Source: an uncultured Saprospiraceae bacterium
Lineage (GTDB): Bacteria; Bacteroidota; Bacteroidia; Chitinophagales; Saprospiraceae
DNA: 64,000 nucleotides
NCBI GenBank assembly: GCA_937929885.1
Contig: CALFUQ010000077.1
Location: forward strand, 5,105-69,104
Reading direction: 5' to 3'
Position 1 is the first letter of the stretch, and the number at the start of each line of letters is the position of its first letter. A program made the position numbers and the translations under genes. Positions 45,162-56,054 of the stretch are shown in pieces. The notes beneath the pieces are model-generated. The model made no database searches. It saw only the letters and a program-made list of their open reading frames with translations, and was not told the origin of the DNA.

Positions 45162-46571
45162 CTACGGAGCAGTATATGTCAGCATTAGCTTAGCTGGATT
45201 TGTAGGATGGTTGGGACCAAATAATACGGTTCTAGATGCATTATCTGTCCTATTATCTACGGAAAGCACCAAGGTAGGACTAACGCTCCCATTGAGGTAA
45301 TTTTGAACATGGGAGGTAATATTCATCTTATACTTTCTTAATACAGTTCCACTCTCATCTACTTCTTCTATATCACCACCAAAAAGTGAACCGACAAATG
45401 TGCTCGGGAAACCCAGACTCATATCTTCTATACATATTAACTCATTATTGTCGCCAAGTTGGCTTACAATAAGGCTAGGACTAGGTTTAAAGAATCCACT
45501 TTCTGTTCCAGTAGGCTCTTGTACTGTAAATTCTAAAACAGCTTTATTCAAAGTAACATCTTGAAATCTATCTACATCAGAGAAATCAATATATGTATCA
45601 AAACCATCCTGACCAGATACATAGATCAAGTTGTCAGGGGAGTTTCCAGATGCAGCTGCTTGACCAGCCACGCTACTTGCTCTATCACTTTCGATATGAT
45701 TAAAACTTATTAGATTAGTGTTAAACAACCCAAACTGATAAATAGTCCTGTCGCCATCATCATCTTTGTAGTACAATTCTATGCTACTGCTGTTCATCCT
45801 TATACCTGGCATCGAATTACCATTTGATGCAGTAGTAATATACAACCCATTAAGTAAATTCTTAAACGATTCCGTATCAGTGAAGGCATCCTCACTTTGA
45901 AAAATCTCTATTGGCAAAAGTGAGCCCATGATATTAGAAGGATCAAAAGGTATCCTTATGGATGGAGCTTGCAACGCTGAAGAATCTACGCCAGGTATAG
46001 AAACACTTAAAGAGTCTAGACTATAAAAGATATCTTCTCTACTAGCAATCGGTTCGTCAGATAGAAGTAATTCTGTACCAGAATATGCAGCATCTCCTAC
46101 TGCCGTGAATCGCTCTAAAACCCTATAAACCTCTACATCGAATGATTCGAATTTATTTCCATGAAATGCAATAGTATCATAAGCAAGTACCAATACCATT
46201 GAATCAATAGTCCCGTTAAAAACAGGTGTCGTTGCAAAACCAACTTCGGTATAAATACTTGACTTGCTCTTTCCAAATTTAGGATCATCAACAGAACCTA
46301 AGTAGTGAGTTGGTAAAGCACCTGCCTGCCAGTTTCTTATCGGTAAAGAATTGAGGAGACATGATACCGCTTCACTAGTATTATCATAAGTTTTAATAGA
46401 ATCAAGTCTGACTGTAGTTGCAATCAATTCTGTATCGTCAGAAAAAAGTACTTCTAGATCTTCAGGTCCGAAGATATCTCCTCCTACTGTAGTAGAGTCT
46501 TCACACGCAGAAAAAAGAATAATCGTACTTAAAAACAAATAGAGAAAAACTCGTAACGAGGGGTTAGGCAT
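45162..46571 (-). CDS. DUF4270 family lipoprotein
   Basis: 469 aa with lipobox ILFSACED. Its position between the glycogen-synthase-like gene and glmS matches the conserved Bacteroidota context of DUF4270. Confidence 0.6.
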   Translation of the reverse strand: MPNPSLRVFLYLFLSTIILFSACEDSTTVGGDIFGPEDLEVLFSDDTELIATTVRLDSIKTYDNTSEAVSCLLNSLPIRNWQAGALPTHYLGSVDDPKFGKSKSSIYTEVGFATTPVFNGTIDSMVLVLAYDTIAFHGNKFESFDVEVYRVLERFTAVGDAAYSGTELLLSDEPIASREDIFYSLDSLSVSIPGVDSSALQAPSIRIPFDPSNIMGSLLPIEIFQSEDAFTDTESFKNLLNGLYITTASNGNSMPGIRMNSSSIELYYKDDDGDRTIYQFGLFNTNLISFNHIESDRASSVAGQAAASGNSPDNLIYVSGQDGFDTYIDFSDVDRFQDVTLNKAVLEFTVQEPTGTESGFFKPSPSLIVSQLGDNNELICIEDMSLGFPSTFVGSLFGGDIEEVDESGTVLRKYKMNITSHVQNYLNGSVSPTLVLSVDNRTDNASRTVLFGPNHPTNPAKLMLTYTAP

Positions 46572-47391
46572 CCTTTTCTTCTTCAGCTTCTAAAAATGAG
46601 TTATAAAAATTGATGTACTCCGCAAGATAATTCTCTTCGTCTACAAAATCTAAAGATGGAGTCTTACCACTTTTAATCGCATCTAGAACGACCTTATCTA
46701 GTTTTTCGCTTCCTTGTATTATTCCATCAGCATGCGCAATCCCTCCAGTGTTAAGATTGATCTTCTTACCTTGTTTAAAATCACTTAAATCATCTTCACT
46801 AATATCGTTGATAGCTGCTTTAGTAAAAAACTGTGGCTTGAAAGTTTTCTCATACTCATTATTATATGCAGAGAATATAACCTTGGTGTTTTGGAATATA
46901 GGCTCATCCTTGTAGACCGTCTTAAGGTAAGTCGGTACTAAACTAGTCATCCAACCGTGACAGTGGATAATGTCTGGCGGCCATCCAAATTTCTTTACGG
47001 TCTCCATCACGCCTTTACAGAAGAATGCCATTCTATCTGAGTTATCATCAAACGGCTTATCATCAGCGTCATTAAAGACAAATTTTCTTTTGAAGAACTC
47101 TTCGTTATCTAAAAAGTATACTTGTAATCTTGATCCAGGAAGAGAAGCAACTTTGATTATCAAAGGAAAATCATCGTCATCAACAATGATATTCATCCCA
47201 GAAAGTCTAACTACTTCATGAAGCCTATGTCGTCTTTCATTAATAACTCCATATTTAGGCATTAAGACTCTTACCTCCATACCTTTCTCTTGTGTATATT
47301 GAGGTAACTTAGCTACTAACTCAGAAACTTCTGATGCATCCGTATATGGATTCATCTCCTGAGTAACAAATAAAACTCTCTTTTTGCTCAT
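46564..47391 (-). CDS. Glycogen/starch synthase-like protein (short, N-terminal-domain form)
   Basis: 275 aa. It has VLFVTQEMNPYT, PKYG, and PDIIHCHGWMTSLVP, as in the GT5 glycogen synthase N-domain. Confidence 0.75.
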   Translation of the reverse strand: MSKKRVLFVTQEMNPYTDASEVSELVAKLPQYTQEKGMEVRVLMPKYGVINERRHRLHEVVRLSGMNIIVDDDDFPLIIKVASLPGSRLQVYFLDNEEFFKRKFVFNDADDKPFDDNSDRMAFFCKGVMETVKKFGWPPDIIHCHGWMTSLVPTYLKTVYKDEPIFQNTKVIFSAYNNEYEKTFKPQFFTKAAINDISEDDLSDFKQGKKINLNTGGIAHADGIIQGSEKLDKVVLDAIKSGKTPSLDFVDEENYLAEYINFYNSFLEAEEEKDA

Positions 47392-47431
47392 CTACTTAGA
47401 CCTTTAGGTTCTCAAATTTCAAATAGGGCTG

Positions 47432-47439
47432 CAAAGATA
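47432..47439 (-). promoter_or_regulatory. -7 promoter box TAtcTTTG (minus strand)
   Basis: Plus-strand CAAAGATA reads as TATCTTTG on the minus strand, 41 nt upstream of ATG 47391. Confidence 0.4.
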
Positions 47440-47513
47440 CCTCTTTTAGTTAACAGATGTCGATAAGATTTGTCTAAAGTGTTGTGAATGAAGGAATTAG
47501 AGGCCGAAATCGG

Positions 47514-48764
47514 TTAATTGGAGACGAATTTCATCAATTCAGCACAAATAATTGCTCCATAGGTGCCCATAGCATAGCCTAATACAGCCATGAGTACTCC
47601 AACAGGAGCTAATGATGGGCTGAAAGCAGAAGCGACTACAGGTGCGGATGCTGCTCCTCCGACGTTAGCTTGACTTCCTACAGCTACAAAAAAGAATGGT
47701 GCTTTAATGAGTTTTGCAACTACTAATAATATGGTCACATGCACTAACATCCAGATAACACCTACTGAAAACAACCCTAAGTTTTCTACGACTTCGCTCA
47801 AGTTCATTTTCATACCTATCGTGGCTACTAGGACATAGATGAAAATACTACCCCAGTTTGATGCTCCGACACCTTCTAGTTTTCTTGCTCTTGTGAATGA
47901 CAAACCTAAACCTATAGTAGTCGCAATAACCACTAACCAAAAGAAGGATGACATAAGAGAATTTAGCTTCAGTCTTGTTAATGCTTCGGAGTAATTTTCC
48001 ATTATTGGTGTGATTACATCCTTCCCCCAATGTGAAACTGCTACCCCTCCAAAAGCTACAGCCATTAAAATCATCAAGTCTGTAGTCTTAGGTATACGAT
48101 CAACTTTACTCTTGTAATCTGCAACTCGATTCTTAAGATCCTCTATAGAGCTATTATCAGCTTGAAGCCACTTATCTATTTTCTCACTTAAGTTGGCACC
48201 GTATAGTAAGAAGCCTAACCAAATATTTCCGATTAGGACATCTACGATAATCATAGTTCCGAAGAGATTGTCATCGACTTGATAAATCTCTTTCATAGCT
48301 GTTTGGTTTGCTCCTCCTCCTATCCAACTACCAGCGACAGTAGAAAAGCCCCGCCATATGTCTGATGGGTTAGCACCAATTAAGTCGGGAGCAAAATTTG
48401 ATATGATTAGAAGCGCAATGGGGCCACCTAATATTATTCCTAATGTGGCAGCAAAGAACATGATCAATGCCTTACTTCCAAGATTCATTACCCCTTTGAG
48501 ATCAATCGAAAGGCATAATAAAATCAAACTGGCAGGGAGTAAGTATCGAGACGCAATAAAATAGAGCTGAGACTCATCACCAGAGATAATATTCAATGGC
48601 CAATTAAGTAATGCGGGCAAAAAGTAACAAACCATTACAGGAGGAAAAAACATGTAAAACTTCTTCCAAAAACCATCCTTAAACTCAGAGGTATAAAATA
48701 CAAATGCAAGGATGCAAAGCAATATCCCAAGTACAACTGCATCGTTTGTGAAGTATGGCTGCAT
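47514..48764 (-). CDS. DUF819-like polytopic membrane protein (putative transporter)
   Basis: 416 aa with ~11 TM helices. The family assignment is from general resemblance only. Confidence 0.5.
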   Translation of the reverse strand: MQPYFTNDAVVLGILLCILAFVFYTSEFKDGFWKKFYMFFPPVMVCYFLPALLNWPLNIISGDESQLYFIASRYLLPASLILLCLSIDLKGVMNLGSKALIMFFAATLGIILGGPIALLIISNFAPDLIGANPSDIWRGFSTVAGSWIGGGANQTAMKEIYQVDDNLFGTMIIVDVLIGNIWLGFLLYGANLSEKIDKWLQADNSSIEDLKNRVADYKSKVDRIPKTTDLMILMAVAFGGVAVSHWGKDVITPIMENYSEALTRLKLNSLMSSFFWLVVIATTIGLGLSFTRARKLEGVGASNWGSIFIYVLVATIGMKMNLSEVVENLGLFSVGVIWMLVHVTILLVVAKLIKAPFFFVAVGSQANVGGAASAPVVASAFSPSLAPVGVLMAVLGYAMGTYGAIICAELMKFVSN

Positions 48765-48781
48765 TATATTTTCATATTTCG

Positions 48782-50962
48782 CTAGTCTACGATTTGCAAT
48801 TCTATCTCTCGATTGTTTATATCGGTTTCTAGCAGTTTTACTCTTACTTTATCGCCCATCTTAATCTCGTCTCCTGTACGATTGCCTACTGCTTTCATCC
48901 TACTATCTTGAATATCGTAAGATTCTTTAAATGCATCAAATTTTATTAAACCCTCTGCTTTACTTTCTTTCAATTGTATGAAGACTCCTTTATCGATCAT
49001 TCCAGAAACGAAACCTTCAAATACTTGACCTTCTTTACCTTCTAAATATTCAACTTGCTTGTACTTAGTAGATTCTCGCTCTGCTTCGATGGCTTTTCTT
49101 TCTTGAGCTGATATGTGCTTACACTTTGCTTCTAGCGCTTCTTGGTTTACTCGCTTTACATCCTTTTTTAGATTCTTCTGCAGAATCCTATGTACTAGCA
49201 CATCTGAATACCTTCTAATTGGCGAGGTAAAATGAGTGTAGTAATCAAAAGCAAGGCCGTAATGCCCAATATTTTCAGAAGTATATACTGCTTTAGACAT
49301 CGTCCTAATCGCAAGTGGTTGGAGTAATTTTACCGACTCATCTTCCTTCGCTTTTTCAGCTAACTTATTGAGCGACTTAGCGATATTAGATGGGGTATCA
49401 ATTTTTACTTTTATACCCATCTCTTTTGCAAATAATGCAAAGTCTGCTAATCTATCTTGATTAGGTTCGTCATGCACTCTGTAAACAAAAGGAATCTCTG
49501 GTGCTTTCACTTTTTTAGCGATGTATCTAGCAACTTCTTTATTTGCCAGCAACATGAAATCTTCGACCAGAAGGTTCGCTTCTTTTCGTTGCTTTACATA
49601 AACTCCGATAGGCTTTTTCTTTTCGTCTAGCTTAAACTTTACTTCATCACTCTCAAAGTTTATTGCACCGTTTTTAAATCTTTCTTTTCTCATCTTCGCT
49701 GCAACCTTTGCTACTGCTTTTAGCTCCTTTGCATAATCCCCTTTCCCTGATTCTAAGATTTCTTGAGCTTCCTCATAAGTGTATCTTCTATCTGAGTGTG
49801 TAAGCGTCTTACCAAACCATCTATCTACAATTTTACCATTTGCATCAAACTTAAAAACTGCTGAGAAAGTAAACTTGTCTTCATTAGGCCTTAGTGAGCA
49901 GAGCTCATTTGATAATCGCTCAGGTAACATCGGGCAAACCCTATCTACCAAGTAAACTGAAGTAGACCTATTGTATGCTTCTTCATCAAGTGCAGTACCC
50001 GACTTTACAAAGTGTGTTACGTCTGCAATGTGAATACCTATTTCTACTACATCATCTTCTAGAACTTTATAAGAGATTGCATCATCAAAATCTTTAGCAT
50101 CATGAGGATCAATAGTAAAAGTTAGATCACCTCGCATGTCTCTTCTCTTAGCTAAATCTTTCTCAGTGATATCGTCATTTAGTTTTGCAACTTCTTCCAT
50201 AACCTCCGCGCTATGCGCTAGTTCAAATCCGCTGTTGATCAATATTGCATTCATCTCCATTTCGTTGCGATCTGAGGAGTCTAAGATATTAGTGACTTGA
50301 CCTCTGAAAGATTGCTTACCGCCTCTTCCGTACTTTGTTACTTCTATGATAACTCTATCGCCATCCTGCGCTCCATTAAGATTCTCAGAATCAATCTTTA
50401 CATCAAAAGACATTTTAGGATGATCGACTAATACCAATCCGCCTTTCTTAGACACTTGTAGATTACCTACAAATTTTCTGTTAGCCCTCTTTGTTACTTC
50501 TACTACTTCTCCTTCTGACTTTCTTCCTTTTCTTGATTTTAGAATACTTACTACAACTCGATCACCATGTAAAGCAGAATTTAAAAATTTCTGTGGCACA
50601 TAGACATCATCAGTATCTGTATCACACACTATGTATGCGGCACCACTTCTGATCAAGTCTACCCTGCCAGCAACTTGTTTAATTGATTGTCTTCCTTTTT
50701 TCTGACCAGGCTTAGTGGATTTGATTTTTCCATTACCTAGTTTATATTTCCCGTTAAAGGATTGCACCTTTCCACTTCTTTGCATCGCTGCTAAGCAGTC
50801 GATTACAGAATCTTTATTGTTTTTAAGTTTTAGTTTTCTGATTATTTCTTTGGCGTTAAATTTTGCCTTTGGATTTTTAAGAAGTAATCTGCCGATGGCA
50901 TTTTGGAGTTGTTCTTGGGTAAGTTTTTTCTTTTTGAAAATTTTCTTTTTCTTATTAGTCAT
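48782..50962 (-). CDS. rnr: Ribonuclease R
   Basis: 726 aa with a Lys-rich N-terminus and cold-shock-like domains. The RNB catalytic domain has DPHDAKDFDDAIS and HFTSPIRRYSDVLVHR. An S1 domain is at the C-terminus. Confidence 0.93.
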   Translation of the reverse strand: MTNKKKKIFKKKKLTQEQLQNAIGRLLLKNPKAKFNAKEIIRKLKLKNNKDSVIDCLAAMQRSGKVQSFNGKYKLGNGKIKSTKPGQKKGRQSIKQVAGRVDLIRSGAAYIVCDTDTDDVYVPQKFLNSALHGDRVVVSILKSRKGRKSEGEVVEVTKRANRKFVGNLQVSKKGGLVLVDHPKMSFDVKIDSENLNGAQDGDRVIIEVTKYGRGGKQSFRGQVTNILDSSDRNEMEMNAILINSGFELAHSAEVMEEVAKLNDDITEKDLAKRRDMRGDLTFTIDPHDAKDFDDAISYKVLEDDVVEIGIHIADVTHFVKSGTALDEEAYNRSTSVYLVDRVCPMLPERLSNELCSLRPNEDKFTFSAVFKFDANGKIVDRWFGKTLTHSDRRYTYEEAQEILESGKGDYAKELKAVAKVAAKMRKERFKNGAINFESDEVKFKLDEKKKPIGVYVKQRKEANLLVEDFMLLANKEVARYIAKKVKAPEIPFVYRVHDEPNQDRLADFALFAKEMGIKVKIDTPSNIAKSLNKLAEKAKEDESVKLLQPLAIRTMSKAVYTSENIGHYGLAFDYYTHFTSPIRRYSDVLVHRILQKNLKKDVKRVNQEALEAKCKHISAQERKAIEAERESTKYKQVEYLEGKEGQVFEGFVSGMIDKGVFIQLKESKAEGLIKFDAFKESYDIQDSRMKAVGNRTGDEIKMGDKVRVKLLETDINNREIELQIVD

Positions 50963-51038
50963 TATTTAATTTAAATGTGGAAGCAGCATAAGAGTGTTTC
51001 TTATTCAAAAAATAAACAATCTTAAATGGCTTCATGAA

Positions 51039-51545
51039 TCAATGCTCTTGCAATGAAAATATTATATCGCCAGAAGTTAGGATTTCCATACTCATAGCCT
51101 GGCTACTCTGAGCATCATATTGTGCGTCTTGTTCTTGACCACCTACAATAATATGAATGATTAAATCATCATCAATATTACAAACGGATTGTATCACCTT
51201 TTCATTTTCGACTCTGGTACCTGAGATTACTTTCCTAGATATTAGATTACCAGACTTATCAAATGTGACAAGTATGTATTCATACAATAGGAGTCCACCT
51301 TTCCAGTAAACTAATGCATAGTAATCATCTGTCGATGGTAATTGAAAACAAGGCGTAAATTCTGTGTATTCATCAATGTCTGCGCCTTCGATAGGGATAA
51401 TTATGCTCTCGATAAGATACTGCGCAATTGGTTTGTTAAACTTGCTAAACTCTATCGTACTATCCTCGGTTATCGTTATTGGTAACTCGATTTCAGGGAA
51501 ATAAGTTCTAAAAGCATTAAAATCCTTGATATTAGGCTTTGACAT
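51039..51545 (-). CDS. Hypothetical cytoplasmic protein
   Basis: 168-aa ORF with no signal peptide and no recognised motif. The coding call rests on ORF length and the promoter box at 51552-51559. Confidence 0.45.
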   Translation of the reverse strand: MSKPNIKDFNAFRTYFPEIELPITITEDSTIEFSKFNKPIAQYLIESIIIPIEGADIDEYTEFTPCFQLPSTDDYYALVYWKGGLLLYEYILVTFDKSGNLISRKVISGTRVENEKVIQSVCNIDDDLIIHIIVGGQEQDAQYDAQSSQAMSMEILTSGDIIFSLQEH

Positions 51546-51551
51546 CTAATG

Positions 51552-51559
51552 CAAAATTA
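51552..51559 (-). promoter_or_regulatory. -7 promoter box TAatTTTG (minus strand), possible leaderless transcript
   Basis: Plus-strand CAAAATTA reads as TAATTTTG on the minus strand, ending 6 nt before ATG 51545. Confidence 0.3.
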
Positions 51560-51693
51560 CGCTTAATCACTGATTTTAATTAATCATCCCAATCAGAGGG
51601 ATTATATGGCGTTTTTTAGATATTTGTTCTAATTATACTAAATCTAAATAAGGCGAAGAACAAAATCTTGTTGTTTAATGCTTTTTGGATAAT

Positions 51694-51701
51694 TAGTTTT
51701 G
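51694..51701 (+). promoter_or_regulatory. -7 promoter box TAgtTTTG for sdhCAB
   Basis: Exact TAnnTTTG match 25 nt upstream of ATG 51726. TTG motifs at 51668-51673 sit about 20 nt upstream, as expected for a -33 element. Confidence 0.45.
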
Positions 51702-51725
51702 TTTTAGTCAATAAGGTCATCATTT

Positions 51726-52406
51726 ATGAGGTGGATCATCAACTTACTTACTTCCAGTATCGGTTTGAAACTTGTCATGTCACTGACTGGATTATTCTTG
51801 TGTACATTTTTGTTAGCTCACCTAGCTGGAAATTTGCAACTACTATATAATGATGGTGGTGAAGCCTTCAACTTGTATGCAAAATTCATGACTGGTAATC
51901 CGCTGATTAAGTTTATTTCATATGGACTTTATACGCTGATCTTATTGCATGCCGTACAAGGTCTTGTCTTGGCTTCGATAAACAAAAAATCTAAAGGGTC
52001 TAAATATGCAGTAAGTGCAAAAGGTAACGGGAGCTGGGCTTCTAAAAATATGGCACTTCTAGGAACCCTAATTTTATTTTTCTTATTAATCCACATGGGA
52101 GATTTCTGGTGGGCTATGAAAAGGAATAACTTAGAATACGTAACCTATGATGGAGTAGAAGTTAAAAACCTTTACAAAAAGGTGCAGATTTCATTCAAAG
52201 AATGGTACATCGTATTAGCATACATGGTTGGACTATTTGCTTTAGCGCTTCATCTACTTCATGGGTTCTCTAGTGCATTCCAAACTTTAGGTTTAAGACA
52301 TAAAAAATATACACCTATAATTAAAGGTATAGGATATATTTTCTCAATATTAATTCCAATTGCGTTTGCGATCATACCGATTGCAATCTTCTTTTCTCAA
52401 AACTAA
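51726..52406 (+). CDS. sdhC: Succinate dehydrogenase/fumarate reductase cytochrome b subunit (b558 family)
   Basis: 226 aa with 5 TM helices and conserved His residues ([28 protein letters not shown]). It is the first gene of the sdh operon. Confidence 0.85.
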   Translation: MRWIINLLTSSIGLKLVMSLTGLFLCTFLLAHLAGNLQLLYNDGGEAFNLYAKFMTGNPLIKFISYGLYTLILLHAVQGLVLASINKKSKGSKYAVSAKGNGSWASKNMALLGTLILFFLLIHMGDFWWAMKRNNLEYVTYDGVEVKNLYKKVQISFKEWYIVLAYMVGLFALALHLLHGFSSAFQTLGLRHKKYTPIIKGIGYIFSILIPIAFAIIPIAIFFSQN

Positions 52407-52411
52407 TAAGC

Positions 52412-54406
52412 ATGCTAAATAGTAATGTTCCTCCTGGTGAGTTATCAACTAAATGGACTGAGTACAGAAGTAAAATGAACCTTGTTGCTCCTGGTAACAA
52501 AAGGAGACTTGAGGTAATCGTAGTAGGTACTGGTCTAGCTGGTGCATCTGCCGCTGCTACTTTGGGAGAGTTAGGATATAATGTAAAATGTTTTTGCTTT
52601 CATGATAGTCCGCGTCGTGCGCATAGTATTGCAGCACAGGGTGGTATCAATGCCGCAAAGAATTATCAAAATGATGGTGATAGTATCTACCGTCTATTCT
52701 ATGATACTATCAAAGGTGGTGATTATAGATCAAGAGAATCTAATGTGCACAGACTTGCAGAAGTAAGTACTGAGATAATAGATCAGTGCGTAGCACAAGG
52801 AGTTCCTTTCGCGAGAGAGTATGGAGGTTTGTTAGCAAACAGATCATTTGGTGGTGTGCAGGTATCTAGAACTTTTTATGCTAGAGGTCAGACAGGTCAG
52901 CAATTATTACTAGGTGCATATCAATCTCTATCAAGACAGATAGCTAATGGTAATGTGAAAATGTATAACCGTCACGAAATGCTTGATCTTGTAAAAGTAG
53001 ATGGGAAAGCAAGAGGAATCATTACAAGAAATTTATTGACAGGAGAAATCGATAGACACGCAGCACATTGTGTAGTTATGGCAACAGGAGGATATGGTAA
53101 TGTATATTACCTATCAACGAACGCAATGGGATCAAATGTGAGCGCAGGATGGAGAGCGGTAAGAAGAGGGGCATTAATGGCGAATCCTTGCTATGTACAA
53201 ATACACCCTACTTGCATTCCAGTATCTGGAGAATACCAATCTAAGCTGACACTAATGTCTGAGTCACTTAGAAATGATGGAAGAGTCTGGGTACCAAAAT
53301 CTATAGAAGATGCCAAAGCAATCCAAGAAGGAAAGAAAACAGGGCTTGATATAGCTGAAGAAGATAGAGACTACTATTTAGAAAGAAGATATCCAGCCTT
53401 TGGAAATTTAGTGCCAAGAGATGTTGCATCTAGAGCAGCTAAGGTTGCTTGTGATGAAGGAAAGGGCGTAAGTAAAACTGGTTTAGCAGTTTACCTAGAT
53501 TTTGCAGCAGCAATTCAGCGATATGGTAAATCGGAAGCGCTAACTCAAGGAATAGATAATCCTTCTGCATCTGCGATACTGAAGTTAGGAGAGGATGTGG
53601 TAAGAAAAAAATACGGTAACCTATTCCAAATGTATGAAAAGATCACTGGAGAGAATCCGTACAAAATGCCTATGAAAATCTTCCCTGCTGTCCATTACAC
53701 CATGGGAGGTATCTGGGTAGATTATAATCTTGAAACTAATGTTCCAGGATTGTTTGCACTCGGAGAAGCTAACTTCTCTGATCATGGGGCAAATAGATTA
53801 GGTGCATCTGCTCTAATGCAAGGATTAGCAGATGGTTACTTTGTTATCCCTTACACAATCGGACAGTTCTTATCTAAAGAAATACGAACTCCAAACATCA
53901 GCCCTGATTCTGCAGAGTTTGAACAGGCAGAGCAAGATGTAAGAGATAGACTAGCAAAGCTGAAAGCGATAAACGGAAATCAATCTGTAGAAAGTTTCCA
54001 CAGAAAACTAGGTAAGATTATCTGGGAGTATTGCGGAATGTCTAGAAGCGAAGCAGGACTTAACAAAGCTATCGGACTAGTAAGAGATCTTAGAAAAGAA
54101 TTTTATAGTGATGTTTATATCCCTGGAGAATTAGATGAGTATAATCCAGAATTAGAGAAAGCAACGCGTGTAGCTGACTTCTTAGAGATGGGAGAGATCA
54201 TGATAGTAGACGCACTTAATAGAAATGAATCTTGCGGAGGACACTTTAGAGAAGAGTATACATCAGAAGAAGGAGAGGCAAAAAGAAACGATGCAGATTA
54301 CACCTATGTAGCAGCTTGGGAGTGGGATGATGATGGCAATCATAAAATGCACAGAGAAGATTTAGAATTTAAGAACGTAGAACTCAAAACAAGGAGTTAC
54401 AAATAA
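52412..54406 (+). CDS. sdhA: Succinate dehydrogenase/fumarate reductase flavoprotein subunit
   Basis: 664 aa. It has [12 protein letters not shown], the covalent-FAD site [14 protein letters not shown], and HYTMGGI. Confidence 0.93.
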   Translation: MLNSNVPPGELSTKWTEYRSKMNLVAPGNKRRLEVIVVGTGLAGASAAATLGELGYNVKCFCFHDSPRRAHSIAAQGGINAAKNYQNDGDSIYRLFYDTIKGGDYRSRESNVHRLAEVSTEIIDQCVAQGVPFAREYGGLLANRSFGGVQVSRTFYARGQTGQQLLLGAYQSLSRQIANGNVKMYNRHEMLDLVKVDGKARGIITRNLLTGEIDRHAAHCVVMATGGYGNVYYLSTNAMGSNVSAGWRAVRRGALMANPCYVQIHPTCIPVSGEYQSKLTLMSESLRNDGRVWVPKSIEDAKAIQEGKKTGLDIAEEDRDYYLERRYPAFGNLVPRDVASRAAKVACDEGKGVSKTGLAVYLDFAAAIQRYGKSEALTQGIDNPSASAILKLGEDVVRKKYGNLFQMYEKITGENPYKMPMKIFPAVHYTMGGIWVDYNLETNVPGLFALGEANFSDHGANRLGASALMQGLADGYFVIPYTIGQFLSKEIRTPNISPDSAEFEQAEQDVRDRLAKLKAINGNQSVESFHRKLGKIIWEYCGMSRSEAGLNKAIGLVRDLRKEFYSDVYIPGELDEYNPELEKATRVADFLEMGEIMIVDALNRNESCGGHFREEYTSEEGEAKRNDADYTYVAAWEWDDDGNHKMHREDLEFKNVELKTRSYK

Positions 54407-54439
54407 TTGTTTGACCAATAGTTAGATAAAAGGAAAGCT

Positions 54440-55186
54440 ATGAAACTTAAACTTCAAGTTTGGAGACAAAAAAATAAGAACGCTAAAGGTTCACTTAAGT
54501 TATACAATGTAGAGGCGGATGAGCATATGTCATTCTTAGAGATGCTCGATGTTCTTAATGAACAATTGATCTCCGATAAATCAGATCCGATTGCATTTGA
54601 TCATGATTGTAGAGAAGGTATCTGTGGATCGTGCAGCTTAGTAATAGATGGCAGACCACATGGGCCTCAGCAAGGAACTACTACTTGCCAACTCCACATG
54701 AGACATTATAAAGATGGAGACACAATAACTATCGAACCATATAGAGCGAAAGCTTTCCCAATCGTAAAAGATCTAGTAACACAGCGAACAGCTTATGATA
54801 AAATAATCCAGGCAGGAGGTTATGTATCTGTCAATACTGGTCAGGCAGTAGATGGTAATGCTATTCCGATAGAAGGAGGAATTGCAGCTAAGGCTTTCGA
54901 TGCGGCTACTTGTATTGGTTGCGGAGCTTGCGCTGCTGCTTGTCCTAACGGATCAGCTATGCTATTTACATCAGCTAAAATTGCTCACTTAAGTTTATTA
55001 CCACAAGGGCAGATAGAACATAAGTCTAGAGTCAGGAAGATGGTAGCTCAGATGGATAAGGAAGGATTCGGAATGTGCTCTAACGTAGGTGCTTGTGAAG
55101 TTGATTGTCCTAAAGAAATCTCTACTGATAATATTGCTAGACTTAACAGAGAGTACTTAAGCGCTTCGTTAGGAGCAGAAGATTAG
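54440..55186 (+). CDS. sdhB: Succinate dehydrogenase/fumarate reductase iron-sulfur subunit
   Basis: 248 aa with Cys clusters [21 protein letters not shown] and [12 protein letters not shown]. Confidence 0.92.
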   Translation: MKLKLQVWRQKNKNAKGSLKLYNVEADEHMSFLEMLDVLNEQLISDKSDPIAFDHDCREGICGSCSLVIDGRPHGPQQGTTTCQLHMRHYKDGDTITIEPYRAKAFPIVKDLVTQRTAYDKIIQAGGYVSVNTGQAVDGNAIPIEGGIAAKAFDAATCIGCGACAAACPNGSAMLFTSAKIAHLSLLPQGQIEHKSRVRKMVAQMDKEGFGMCSNVGACEVDCPKEISTDNIARLNREYLSASLGAED

Positions 55187-55208
55187 AGATAAACTACATA
55201 CTATAAAA

Positions 55209-55238
55209 AAATCCTCAACTGAAATCAGAAGAGGATTT
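55209..55238 (+). terminator. Possible terminator after sdhB
   Basis: 8-bp stem AAATCCTC/GAGGATTT with a 14-nt loop. The T-tract is weak. Confidence 0.4.
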
Positions 55239-55307
55239 ACAAAATATCGTATGAAAAAACTATCTACTAATAAGACGCATTTTTCAGACGATACCCTTAG
55301 TTAAATT

Positions 55308-56021
55308 TTAATAATACTCTACTTTCCTCAGTAATCTTAAGGAAACACTGATTTCTAGGCTAAGGTTTCTTACATCTTGCTGAGGTAGTGTCCTTGTTCC
55401 ACCAACATTTCTAGGATCAATTACATCGATAGGGAATTGTTCATACTGTTTAGAGACATCTGGACTAATTGTTAACTCGACTGCTCCTCCTACAAGATCT
55501 CCAAACTGGTATTGGAATCCACCCCCTGCAGATACGCCATAGTTAAATTTATTCACAAAGAAATCGCTTGGAAAATAAGTCTGAAAAACTGTACCCTCGT
55601 ACCTGTCTAAATTTGTATTAACCGTATACTCTGCTCTTATGCCGATGGTATAAAACGGCTTTGCTTTAGACTCCATATTAAGTAGTCGCTTAGCTCCTAG
55701 CATTAGTGAGATATTATTAAACTTGTAGGTCAACGTCCTTCTAAAAAGCTCTCCTAAATTCGCGCTAATCAATTGATCCCGCTCAGCACTCCCTCGCTGA
55801 TGAAGACCTAATTGTGCAAACAAAGAACTTGGGTTATCTTCTTCAAATGATTCTATGAAAACAGCAACATGACCTGCAAATAATGCATCTCGTTGTATTC
55901 CATTCCATTGTTGGATACCGACTGTAGGACCAAATTTAGGACCAAAAATATAGGTCTGTGCTTCAGACTGAAAAGCAAAAAGGCAAATTAGAATTGGCGC
56001 TATATATCTGATAGGATTCAT
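55308..56021 (-). CDS. Outer-membrane beta-barrel protein (OMP_b-brl_2/PorT-like)
   Basis: 237 aa with signal peptide ILICLFAFQSEAQ, an alternating strand pattern and a C-terminal LRLLRKVEYY. Confidence 0.6.
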   Translation of the reverse strand: MNPIRYIAPILICLFAFQSEAQTYIFGPKFGPTVGIQQWNGIQRDALFAGHVAVFIESFEEDNPSSLFAQLGLHQRGSAERDQLISANLGELFRRTLTYKFNNISLMLGAKRLLNMESKAKPFYTIGIRAEYTVNTNLDRYEGTVFQTYFPSDFFVNKFNYGVSAGGGFQYQFGDLVGGAVELTISPDVSKQYEQFPIDVIDPRNVGGTRTLPQQDVRNLSLEISVSLRLLRKVEYY

Positions 56022-56054
56022 GATATTATTTAGTCCAATTTAATATTTTCTAGA

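Noticed and set aside
51668-51850. 60-aa plus-strand ORF overlapping the sdhC start.
   Set aside because: It is out of frame with and largely inside sdhC, and it begins within the sdh promoter region. The sdhC frame has the conserved His/TM pattern.
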